Origin: Octopus sinensis
Lineage: Eukaryota
Length of the DNA stretch: 64,000 bases
Assembly (NCBI RefSeq): GCF_006345805.1
Contig: NW_021836175.1
Span: 1-64,000, forward strand
Direction: 5' to 3'
Positions within the stretch are counted from its first letter, which is position 1, and each line of letters begins with the position of its first letter. The translations under genes and the position numbers were made by a program. Below the pieces are notes generated by a model that saw only the letters and a program-made list of their open reading frames with translations, had not been told where the DNA came from and ran no database searches. This document shows, in pieces, positions 52,771 to 64,000 of the stretch.

Positions 52771-54082
52771 GAAAAGCTTCTATGACCTGTAAGTTTAACA
52801 CTTTCGTCGATTTAATTGTATATTCGTAACATTTAAAACGTGATTATAAGGCAAATAATCCTCTTTACACTACCGCAAATGCTAGAAAAAGCAGCCAAGT
52901 CTCACATCGGTGTGTTAAAAGAAGTGTTCATCAAATAATGTAAATTTAGAGACATTTTATCGTTTTCTTCGGTGGTTCTCAAACTGACAGCCTCCTCCAA
53001 AACACTGGATTTGTTCTCTTACTTATCACCTTATTACTGTTTAAACATGTCAGAGAAATCATTATACACTCAGCAAGGTATTATGCAAGTTTAAAAACTT
53101 CTTTCATTAAATATACTAATCGGTCTACACACCCCTCAATCCACTGTGACGGCAGTCTGCATATGAGAAAGTCTCGAAGTAAGATAGATATCTACTAAAT
53201 CAAGGTTACCTTATCTCTTAAAAATATATTACTATCAGATTCGTTATCGTTGAAATGACGCCTTGACAATTATCTTCATATCAGAAGTAGTGAAAAATAC
53301 CTGTCCCGATATATCTTTCTATGTGCCTGCAATAGAAAATACAGAGTTGTTGCTGTTGTTTAATTCTAGTCAGTTATTTTTAAGTATCTTAGCTGTGACA
53401 ATACCTCCTTTTAATGGTAGGACGTTAGACAATATCATAAATTTACGATCTTGCTCCGGGTGGAGCAGTCCTTACGAAGATTTTCTTAGTCTACACCGAG
53501 TTATCTTCTACTGTCTTGTATAATGTAATTAAAATAAGCGTAAATTATTTTGTAGTCCATGCAACTTTCTTTTCTTTTGATTTGTTAGACCATGTGGAAA
53601 CTATTGAGTAGGACTGGCGTCAGTTAGCGGGCATGGTGTAACGTGAGGATGAATTAGCTATATAGATGAGAGCTCATCTACTCGTTATCTCATTTACTTT
53701 CCACGAAGTCAACAATCTTTCTCATACCAATACGCATAAACTTGTTACTGTTTATGATTTCATTGGAATATTTCAGAGAAGTTTGTATGGCTAATGTACA
53801 AACGTTTTGTCTAGTGTTGTATGATTTAACTTTAGATTCATTTTTTTAAAAAATAGATTGCAAAGTTTTGATTTTGAATTTTTGTTGCAAGGAATAAAAT
53901 CTGAAAGCGTGAGTTGAAATCACTATTGTTGCATAAGAAAAATCATAGTAAATAAAGCCTTTCAGCAAGCAAACACACAAGTTGCGTCTGTTTGTTTATT
54001 TTATATTTGTTTTATTGAGAAACCTATAGACTAGTGCCGGGAGAAATATGTTTGTTAACATAAGCAAACATGTTAAATATAT

Positions 54083-54314
54083 ATTTCTTTACTACCCGCA
54101 AGAAGCTAAACACAGAGGAGACAAACAAGGACAGACAAAGGGATTAAGACGATTACATCGACGCCAGTGCGTAACTGGTTCTTTATTTATCGACCCTGAA
54201 AAGATGAAAAGCAAAGGTGACCTCGGCGGAATTTGAACTCAGAACGTAACGGCAGATGAAATACCACTAAGCATTCCGCCCGGCGTGCTAACATTTCTGC
54301 CAGCTCGCCGCCTT
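54083..54314 (-). mobile_element. SINE A monomer
   Basis: 17-bp TSD AAACATGTTAAATATAT at 54066 and 54315. Confidence 0.9.
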
Positions 54315-54814
54315 AAACATGTTAAATATATGGAGACAAAGAAGAAGAGAGAGCATTTGCAGTTTTTTTTTACCTCTCATTATATCATTTTGCTTTTAAC
54401 AACGAACAAAAAGGATTTTATATAAAAACAAGAGGGATGGAGATGGTAACACACGGTTTAAAATAGTTATGTAATTATCTCCTGTATTTTGCGTAAACAT
54501 TCTAAACTCGCCAACAGACCCTGAGAAATATAGTGGGCGGAGGAAAATAAAAAATAGCAAGCTACCACAAAAAACTAATGGAGGGATTAAAAACTCATCA
54601 CATGGATGTATGAGTATGCCAGTCAATTAGCCACCCACCCGTCCAAGCAGCCCAACAAGGTTTGAGTTAGGTATCGGGACAAATGAATATATATACAAGG
54701 GTATATGTCTATGCCATGCTACACATTCAGTTTATTCCCCCACCCCAAATAGTTCCAAAGCGTGTATCAACACAAACTTTTCCTCTGGATATGTATGCCA
54801 TCCAAATATATATA

Positions 54815-55040
54815 TTTCCTTACTACCCACAAGGGACTAAACATAGAGGGGACAAACAGGGATAGACAGGCGGATTAAGTCGATTGCATCGACCCCAGTG
54901 CGTAACTGGTACTTAATTTATCGACCTCGATAGGATGAGAGGCAAAGTCGACCTCGGCGGAATTTGAACTCAGAACGTAACGGCAGACGAAATACGGCTA
55001 CGCATTTCGCCCGGCAACGTTTCTGCCAGCTCACCACCCT
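54815..55040 (-). mobile_element. SINE A monomer
   Basis: Family A sequence on minus strand. Confidence 0.9.
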
Positions 55041-55209
55041 AAATATATACTCATCAAACCAGGCAGCTAGCAACCGCAGGCACATGGACACACTCTTCTA
55101 CCCAACTATTTGATAAATATCATAACAAACTCACCATTTGGTTGTACATACGTGCTTCCAATCTACCTCTCATCTCACCAAACAGCTACTAGAACAACTG
55201 GGATATTGA

Positions 55210-55245
<36 letters not shown>

Positions 55246-55303
55246 TAGGATTTATCATTTATTATATTTACGAAATCTTTATATATAAAAATGTAGTTGC
55301 ATG

Positions 55304-55549
55304 TGTGTCTGTCTACACCGATTTAGATTCCTAACTACTCCCACATTTTGCGGTGCAGTTTAACCAAAAGCGAGTATCTTATAGTCGTGATTCATATCGA
55401 GCCCTTCTGGGTATTAGCGCGCGTCTACGATGAGTCTACGATTTAAAAAAAAATTACCATAATTTTTCCGCATTTTTAATGCATTTTCGCTCGGTTTATA
55501 TAAAGGAAGTAACTTACAAACCCGAGCAACGCCGGGCGATACTGCTAGT
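55304..55549 (+). mobile_element. Helitron-like non-autonomous element, 3' part
   Basis: Hairpin CCCG-AGCAACGC-CGGG (55521-55536) followed after 8 nt by CTAG|T (55545-55549). Confidence 0.55.
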
Positions 55550-55748
55550 ATCACAATAAGTTAAGAATTATTGTTTAATCTGGAGTTACATACCTTACTT
55601 GAGAAGTGTTTTTAATTTAAAGGTAATCTCTAATTAAATATCAACTAACTCACACTGGTCTTCAAGACCACACATATTTAGTCAATTGAAGACTTCTCAT
55701 TGGACATATGATTAGACCATTCGTTGTCTGGTTCGGTTATAAACAAAT

Positions 55749-56152
55749 GAATCTTTTCGTTTGAACGGCAGTTTTTTCTAGCGGCGTCATATGAAATTGT
55801 CACCCATAATTATGACCCTAGTATCGATCTATTGCATTTCAATCTGTTTTAGGGTTAGGGTTAGGTATCTTTTTTTCTTCACAAATGTAAATAAACCCAA
55901 TGTGTTTCTTAAACGAGGGACATATTAATACGGCACAGAATGTTTTTTACCTCAATGGACGTCATCGATTCGTTGAAATTGCAGAAATTGAAGAAAAAAA
56001 AACAACAAATATGTTACAAACTATAGAATTTTCTCAATAAAGCCGAGAGAAAAAGATGCTTTATAAACACATTTTACCAGTATACGAAGTTTAAAATTTT
56101 TTAGTTACCTAGAAATTATGTTAAAAACTGCCGTTCAAAGCGAAGAGATCCC
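55749..56152 (+). mobile_element. ~400-bp MITE with ~28-bp TIRs and internal (TTAGGG)n
   Basis: TIR (G)GGATCTTTTCGGTTTGAACGGCAGTTTT and its reverse complement; further copies at 58096 and 59478. Confidence 0.85.
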
Positions 56153-56417
56153 AATTAAAATCTCTTGAGCGAAGAGCAAAATACCATATGTTATATTATC
56201 ACACCTGCTTATGTTCAGAATTCGAGTCCGACCCTGGCATGTATTGTGTTGTTATTTCCATTATTCTGCATTTTTAACGTGGTTGACGCAATAACCAGAA
56301 CGCTAGAAAAAGAAAAAAACTGTCATATTGTTCTTTGCTTCTATCTCTATAAAATCTCACGTAAATTTCCATCAAATTACACGCTGTCTGTCAACCAGCC
56401 GGTGTTTATTAAATATA

Positions 56418-56899
56418 AGGTGGCGAGCTGGCAGAGTCGTTAGCACGCCGGACGAAATGCTTAGCGGTATTTCGTCTGCCGTTACGTTCTGAGTTCAAAT
56501 TCCGCCGAGGTCGACTTTGCCTTTCATCCTTTCGGGGTCGATTAAATAAGTATCAGTTACGCACTGGGGTCGATGTAATCGACTTAATACCTATGTCTGT
56601 CCTTGTTTGTCCCCTCTATGTTTAGCCCCTTGTGGGTAATAAAGAAATAGATATTTATTGAATATAAGGCGGCGAGCTGGCAGAGTCGTTAGCACGTCGG
56701 GCGAAATGCTTATCAGTATTTCGTTTGCCGTTACGTTTTGAGTTCAAATTCCGCCGAGGTCGACTTTGCCTTTCATCCTTTCGGGGTCGATTAAATAAGT
56801 ACCAGTTACGCACTGGTGTCGATATAATCGACTTAATCCATTTGTCTATCCTTGTTTCTCCCCTCTGTGTTTAGCCCCTTGTGGGTAGTAAAGAAATAG
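56418..56899 (+). mobile_element. Two full-length SINE A copies in tandem, each bounded by the same target sequence
   Basis: GTGTTTATTAAATATA 56402-56417, ATATTTATTGAATATA 56651-56666, GTGTTTATTGAATATA 56900-56915. Confidence 0.9.
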
Positions 56900-57199
56900 G
56901 TGTTTATTGAATATATGCCTCTCAAGTATTGTGCCTAAATTGAATAACAAAAACAAAAAACATGTTGCTCTTCTAAATTTGCTAATGTTGTTTAGATATT
57001 TGTTAGATATTTAAAATATTATTCAGAAAGCTGTCTTGATAGAATAATTTATACGTTTTAATTCACTTACAATTTTGACGCTATTTATTCTTGATGCAAA
57101 GTAAACAAAAATATTTTTGGAGATATTTACATAGTTATGAGATTAAGATTAACGGAAATACCGTTGACTGAAAGACTACACAGAACCGTCAATATAATT

Positions 57200-57403
57200 A
57201 CTCTCTCTTCACTCTACTCTTTTACTTGTTTCAGTCATGTGACTGTGGCCATGCTGGAGCACCGGCTTTAGTCGAAAAAATCAACCCCAGGACTTATTCT
57301 TGGTAAGCCTAGTACTTATTCTATCGGTGTCTTTTGCCGAACCGCTAGGCTACGAGGACGTAAACACACCAGCATCGGTTGTCAAGCGATATTGGAGAGA
57401 CAA

Positions 57404-57468
<65 letters not shown>

Positions 57469-57635
57469 TATACGACGGGCTTCTTTCAGTTTCCGTCTAC
57501 CAAATCCACTCACAAGGCTCTGGTAGGCCCGAGGCTACAGTAGAAGACACTTGCCCAAGGTGCCACGCAGTGGGACTGAACCCGGAACCATGTTGTTGGT
57601 AAGCAAGCTACTTACCACACAGCCACTCCTACGCC
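57200..57635 (-). mobile_element. SINE B
   Basis: Family B on minus strand. Confidence 0.9.
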
Positions 57636-58095
57636 TAATTAACAATAAAAAATATTAAAGAAACATAGCTGCAAGTACTGCCACAATATATTACCAAAAC
57701 CATCAACACTGCTATCAGCACAGCTGTAATTATTTACCAAAACACTCACGTTATCACCAATAACTACATTAACAAACGAGTTAGGTATTCTATTTTGTCA
57801 TATTTACATCAATAGAGACGGTAGTATTATGATGAATAACGATGAGAGAGTAATAAAATATTCATACATATTGCCAAACCTCTAAAGTTTTTTTGTTGTT
57901 GTTAAGTTTGTATGTACTAACATGTTGCAAAAGGTAATTATGACTCTAGGTTGCGTTGCAAAAGAAGTAAAAAAAAAAAATGGGAATCTATGGCGTTGAG
58001 TTGTTTTCTAAATGATTACTGATTCAAGCGAGACTGGTCCGTTTCATGATCGAAACTAAATCGCGTAAAACTACTCTATGATAATATGACATATT

Positions 58096-58498
58096 GGATC
58101 TTTTCGGTTTGACCGGCAGCTTTTTTAAAATTAATTTTCATGTAACTAAAAAATTTTAAACTTCGTATACTGGTAGAATGTGTTTATAAAACATCTTTTT
58201 CTCTTGGCTTTTTACTTCAATTCCTGCAATTTCAACCAATCACTGACGTCTATTGAGTTAAAAAGCATTCTGTGCCGTATGAATATGTCCCTCGTTTAAG
58301 AAACAGATTGGGTTTATTTACATTTCTGACGAAAAGAAGATACCCTTCCCCCACCCCTAACCCTAATCCTAGCCCTAACTAACCCTAACTAACACTAACT
58401 CTAACCGTATCCCTAAAACAGATTGAAATGCAATAGATTGATACTAGGGTCATAATTATAGGTGAGAATTTCATATGACACCGCTAGAAAAAAACTGG
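58096..58498 (-). mobile_element. TTAGGG-MITE, one TIR truncated
   Basis: Reverse-orientation homolog with expanded degenerate (CCCTAA)n at ~58354-58415. Confidence 0.85.
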
Positions 58499-59477
58499 TT
58501 AGACAAATAAAAACAGAGAGATGTACCCAACCTCTGTAGAACTATGATCTGACAGCATAAAAGTACGTAATTAGATATGGTAATGCATGCAACTCTTTAG
58601 TTCCCTAGCATGGTCAAAGTTTTTATAGAAGAGGAACGCATAAAACAGCTCAACACCAGGTGCGTCGCACAGTTAAGGAAAATGAAGCTAATTGTTACTT
58701 AGGTTCACCATTTAAAATGTACCGCGGGCCGTAGTTTGCCAATGATTGGTTTACACAAACCGATATCTCTGGAAGTATATGCTTTCAGATTTTGGCACGA
58801 AGTCCAACAGCTGAGTACGGTGTCGTGGATTATATCGGCCCCAGTGCTTCACTTGTACTTTATTGTCCGACAATCAAGGACATGATCATAAGCGATCTCG
58901 AAAAAATAAAATGCAAAATTAACTTAACCAGGTGGTGCTATTAAGTTAGACATGGCATGGGCCAATAATGGCCGAAACCTATCAAAGTAGAGTGTATTTG
59001 AACTCAGAACACAAACAACCGGAAAAAATACCATTACACATTCTTTTGTCCGACGTTCGAACGATTCTACCAGGTCACTGCTTTAATATTTCTTTCTTAT
59101 ATACGCCCAAGGCCTGAAATTTGAGATGAGGGACCGAGTCGATTTTATCGAATGTGGGTGCTAAACTGGTATTTGTTTTGCTGGACTCCGAAAGGATGAA
59201 AGGCAAAGTCGGTGTTGTTTGAACTTCAGAACTTAGAGACCATAAAAAATGCCGTTAAGCATTTTGTACGGCGTACTAACAATCCTGCCATTTCGCCGCT
59301 CTAATAGTATGAAGAAAATTAATAACGCTGTAACAAAACTTTATTTATTTATTTAGTTTTGTTTTCAGTCAGTGAGCATTCTTCCCTATTTGCTTATCTC
59401 AAGAAATAAAAGGAAATGACTACTTTTCCTTTCAAACTGCTTTTGTGACCTGGACATGAACTTTTTGAAACTGATCT

Positions 59478-59900
59478 GGGATCTTTTCGGTTTGAACGGC
59501 AGTTTTTTCTAGTGGTGCATATGAAATTGTCACCCATAATTATGATCCTAGTATCGATCTATTGCATTTCAATCTCTTTTAGGGTTAGTTAGGGTTAGGG
59601 TTAGGGGGGGGAAGGGTATCTTTTTTTCTTCACAAATGTAAATAAACCCAATCTGTTTCTTAAACGAGGGATATATTCATACGTCACAGAATGTTTTCAC
59701 CTCAATAGACGTCATTGATTGGTTGAAATTGCAGAAATTGAAAAAAACAACAACAAATATCTTACAAACTACAGAATTTTCTCAATAAAGCCAAGGGAAA
59801 AAGATGTTTTATAAACACATTCTACCAGTATACGAAGTTTAACATGTTTTAGTTACCTAGAAATTATGTTAAAAACTGCCGTTCAAACCGAAAATATCCC
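59478..59900 (+). mobile_element. TTAGGG-MITE, complete
   Basis: GGGATCTTTTCGGTTTGAACGGCAG ... CTGCCGTTCAAACCGAAAATATCCC. Confidence 0.9.
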
Positions 59901-60387
59901 TTTATTTATTTACTTTTGTCTTCGGCCAGTAAGCATTCCTTCCTATTTGCTTCTCTCAAGAGATCAAAGGAAATTACTATTTTTTCCTTTCAAACTTTGC
60001 TTTTGTGACCTGGACATGAACATTTTGAAACTGACCTGTTTTACGTTTCATACAGATACAGCGATGAGTTGCTGCAGCAGAACTATCGTTATAGAACAAA
60101 TCTTGCTCAACACCACAGATTTGCATGTCATTTGCTTGACCTTAACCACATGAGCATGTCCCTAAGTTGTTGACAATATGTGCCTCTCTTATCATGAGCA
60201 GGAGTAGAAGGGTAGCATCATAGCCATGTATTGAAAAGGATCTTTGAGGTTTTAATAAATGTAACAAAAACAATTTTAGAAAGAAATATTAGGAAATTTT
60301 CATATTTTCTAGGATTAAGCAAATAGGAAATAACTGTTGCTACCCAAGGAAGAAAATCGTGTTAAACAATGTAATAAAATTCAGATA

Positions 60388-60558
60388 GGTGCAGGAGTGG
60401 CTGTGTGGTAAGTAGCTTGTTTACCAACCACAAGGTTCCGGGTTCAGTCCCACTGCGTGGCACCTTGGGCAAGTGTCTTCTACTATAGCCTCGGGCCGAC
60501 CAAAGCCTTGTGAGTGGATTTGGTAGACGGAAACTGAAAGAAGCCCGTTGTATATATG

Positions 60559-60620
<62 letters not shown>

Positions 60621-60817
60621 TCCCCCTAGCATTGCTTGACAACTGATGGTGGTGTGTTTGTGTCCCCGTCACTTAGCTGTTCGGCAAAAAGAGACCGACA
60701 GAATAAGTACTGGGCTTACAAAGAATAAGTCCCGGGGTCGAGTTGCTCGATTAAAGGCGGTGCTCCAGCATGGCCGCAGTCAAATGACTGAAACAAGTAA
60801 AAGAGTACTAAAAGAGT
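60388..60817 (+). mobile_element. SINE B
   Basis: Family B head, body and tail. Confidence 0.9.
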
Positions 60818-61018
60818 AAACCAATACTCATGTTGTTCAACTTTCTTAATAGAAATTTCTTCATGGTTTTCTCATTTGTATTCAAATCGTCAACGGGTAA
60901 TTTTTATGCAGTACCTAAAGAAGTTTGATCTAGCCGACCGCTGTGTCTCAAATCAAAACTTATATTTTTTAGAAGAAATAGAAAATAAAATAACATATGA
61001 TGTAGTCTTTGTTAAGAC

Positions 61019-61225
61019 CAGGGGTGGGCAAACTACGGCCCGCCATAGGTCTTCATGCGGCCCGCCGAGAGGAATATTTCACAAAATTTCCTTTCAATCA
61101 ATTGTGTGTTTATAGGTCTATAACCGCCTTTAAAAATATTTTCATTTGATTTTTATAAATGAGGCCCACCAAGGTTCCAAAGACGCACTGTGCGGCCCGC
61201 GATCAAAAAAGTTCGCCCACCCCTG
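61019..61225. mobile_element. 207-bp hAT (Charlie/Buster-like) MITE
   Basis: TIRs CAGGGGTGGGCAAACT / AGTTCGCCCACCCCTG; perfect 8-bp TSD GTTAAGAC at 61011-61018 and 61226-61233. Confidence 0.9.
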
Positions 61226-61543
61226 GTTAAGACTAATGTAAATTAGGATGGTAGTGTCTAAAATGATTTTGTTTACAGGCTCGATTAATACCAGATTATC
61301 TTGGACCGATAGGAAAAAAAAGTATTAATGTGAATCTAAAAGTATTGAAATGAGTACCATGATATTCGAAATCGGATCAGCGTGATTAAGAAATGGATAT
61401 CGTAAAGTACTTTGTACATATTCCAAGAACATAAACAGAAAATAAACGAAAGAGTTTTCAAGAGAAATCACGTTATGGCGGTTCACTACGTCAAAAATAA
61501 TTTTAACTGTTAGTAAAACTACTAAAATGAGACTTGAAATACC

Positions 61544-62336
61544 TATTTATTTACTACCCACAAGGGGCTAAACCAGAGGGGACAAACAAGGATAGACAAA
61601 GGGATTAAATCGATTATATCGACCCCAGTGCGTAACTGGTACTTAATTTATCGACCCCGAAAGGAGGAAAGGCAAAGACGACCTCGGCGGAATTTGAACT
61701 CAGAACGTAACGGCAGACGAAATACCTATTTCTATTTCTTTACTACCCACAAGGGGCTAAACACAGAGAGGACAAACAAGGAAAGACAAACTGATTAAGT
61801 CGATTATATCGACCCTAGTTCGTAACTGGTGCTTAATTTATCGACCCCGAAAGGATGAAAGCAAAGTCGACCTCAGCGGAATTTGAAGTCAGAACGTAAC
61901 GGCAGACGAAATACCTATTTCTTTACTACCCACAAGGGGCTAAACACAGAGAGGACAAACAAGGACAGACACATGGATTAAGTCGATTATATCCACACCA
62001 GTGCATAACGGGTGCTTAATTTATCGACCCCAATAGGATGAAAGGTAAATTCGACCTCGGCGGAAATTGAACTCAGAACGTAACGGCAGACGAAATACCT
62101 ATTTTTATTTCTTTACTACCCACAAGGGGCTAAACACAGAGAGGACAAACAAGGACAGACACATGGATTAAGTCGATTATATCCACACCAGTGCATAACG
62201 GGTGCTTAATTTATCGACCCCGAAAGGAAGAAAGGCAAATTCGACCTCGGCGGAAATTGAACTCAGAACGTAGCGGCAGATGCAATACCGCTCAGCATCT
62301 CGCCCGGCTAACGTTTCTGCCAGCTTGCCGCCTTAA
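61544..62336 (-). mobile_element. SINE A tetramer
   Basis: One full head and three head-truncated units; single TSD GAG(A/G)CTTGAAATACC at 61529-61543 and 62337-62351. Confidence 0.9.
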
Positions 62337-63201
62337 GAGGCTTGAAATACCACACTGAGTAGAATGTTATCAAATAAATCAATTTACTCATGTGAGCAAG
62401 GGTTTAATACACAATGGAAAATACGTCCTGCATAGTGACATTATCATGGCACAAATTCGTTCAGGAGGAAAGAAAATGAGAAGGTTTGAGTGAGCCGGAA
62501 ACTTGAAAAATAATACATTCGGAAATACGTCCCACTACGTATTCCTTTCAAAATGTATCTAGTGGTATCAAATTGTGGTTATGCAAAGCGCTGTATGAGG
62601 CGCCATTTCTCAAATAGTTTGTTTGATAACGTGGTAACTATACAGAGATAATTTTGGTAAATGTGTTTCCCGTATGTTATCTGATTAATAGAGGTTATTT
62701 AAATTACATTTGTTAAACACGAAGAAGAAACAAAATGCATTAAACGCAAGGTTACAAATGCACAATTAATTGATTCATTTTTAACTCTGACATTATAAAG
62801 GGGATTATGTACTATAAAAATATATATTTATAGATTTGTTGCAGAGCTCATACATTTACGCACAAAAACAAAAAAAAAATCAACCCTCAATAAATCTTCA
62901 TTAATATCCTGGAAATGGCATTATTCTTTAGCTGTGAAAAGCAAAGAGATGTTTTACACAAAATGGTATGCAGAAATGTTAATTTGGAAATATATTAAAC
63001 GGAGATTGCAGACAAAGGGTAGACAAAGATTGCTTGGCTTTTAAATGTGCGCGGAGGTGGGAGCAAAATGGGCGGTATATTTGATCGCCTACTCTATAAT
63101 CACCACCAAGCATTTTAGTGCTGCCTGTAACACGGAACAATCTTTTGGAAGTATTTCGCACTGCGAGTACGTCTGCATTCAGAAGATACCTACGAACGTT
63201 T

Positions 63202-63789
63202 AAGACGGCGAGCTGGCAGAAAAGTTAGCACGCCAGGCGAAATGCGTAGCAGTATTTCATCTGCCCTTACGTTCTTAGTTCACATTCCGCCGAGGTCGAC
63301 TTTGCCTTTCATCCTTTCGGGGTCGATAAATTGAGTACCAGTTACGCACTGGTGTCGATATAATCGACTTAATCCCTTTGCCTGTCCTTGTTTGTCCTCT
63401 CTGTGTTTAGCCCCTTGTGGGTAGTAAAGAAATTTCGTCTGTCTTCATGTTCTGAGTTCAAATTCCGCCGAGGTCGACTTTGCCTTTCATCCTTTCGGGG
63501 TCGATAAATTAAGTACTAGTTATGCACTGGTGTCGACGTAATCGACTTAATCCCTTTGTCTGTCCTTGTTTGATCTCTCTGTGTTTAGCCCCTTGTGGGT
63601 AGTAACGAAATTTCGTCTGTCTTCATGTTCTGAGTTCAAATTCCGCCAAGGTCGACTTTGCCTTTCATCCATTCGGGGTCGATAAATTAAGTACCAGTTA
63701 CGCACTGGGGTCGATATAATCGACTTAATCCGTTTGTCTGTCTTTGTTTGATCTCTCTGTATTTAGCCTCTTGTGGGTAGTAAAGAAAT
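63202..63789 (+). mobile_element. SINE A trimer
   Basis: Perfect 18-bp TSD AGATACCTACGAACGTTT at 63184-63201 and 63790-63807. Confidence 0.9.
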
Positions 63790-64000
63790 AGATACCTACG
63801 AACGTTTTTCCAACACCAGCAGCACAAAAGGAGGCCCGAAAAAGAAACATAAGTGTTACGTTTCGTTACAACACAAAGTCAACCAGAAAAAAAAAAAATA
63901 AATAGTATTACGTCACACAAACTATTTTAGCCGAAAATAGAAAAATATAAAGATGAAGGTTTTATCGACACGACGTGCCTATAGAAACGGAATGAATATG

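Noticed and set aside
58354-58415. (CCCTAA)n as a telomere or chromosome-fusion scar
   Set aside because: Short, degenerate and at the same internal position of each MITE copy.
61544-62336. Regularly spaced ~185-bp repeats as a CRISPR-like or satellite array
   Set aside because: No unique spacers; the units are SINE A bodies bounded by one TSD in eukaryotic DNA.

Overview
AT-rich, repeat-saturated animal DNA with no host protein-coding gene that I can support, and no rRNA, true tRNA or CRISPR. The repeat landscape (very long (TA)n/(TATG)n microsatellites, three or four tRNA-derived SINE families, TTAGGG tracts) is what I associate with octopus/coleoid cephalopod genomes; that assignment is an inference. 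Recognisable elements: CR1-clade LINEs (three families, one near full length at 39.6-43.4 kb), a decayed L1/Tx1-like LINE, R4/Dong-like LINE fragments in (TAA)n, a decayed Penelope-like (PLE) RT, a Chapaev3-like DNA transposon with TIRs and TSD, a Tc1-like transposase with D35E spacing, a hAT MITE, a TTAGGG-carrying MITE family, Helitron-like ends and about 30 SINE units. The most striking signal is a set of type I hammerhead ribozyme (HHR) motifs from several unrelated sequence families, in tandem or head-to-head inverted repeats embedded in (TA)n. The best case is a 2.1-kb array (45486-47572) of ~490-nt non-coding units, each carrying one HHR with an intact core, a palindromic stem III and an unusually long stem II, i.e. 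a retrozyme-like, possibly circRNA-producing element. Most short ORFs in the supplied track are microsatellite or SINE artefacts. Coordinates were counted by hand and may be off by a few bases.
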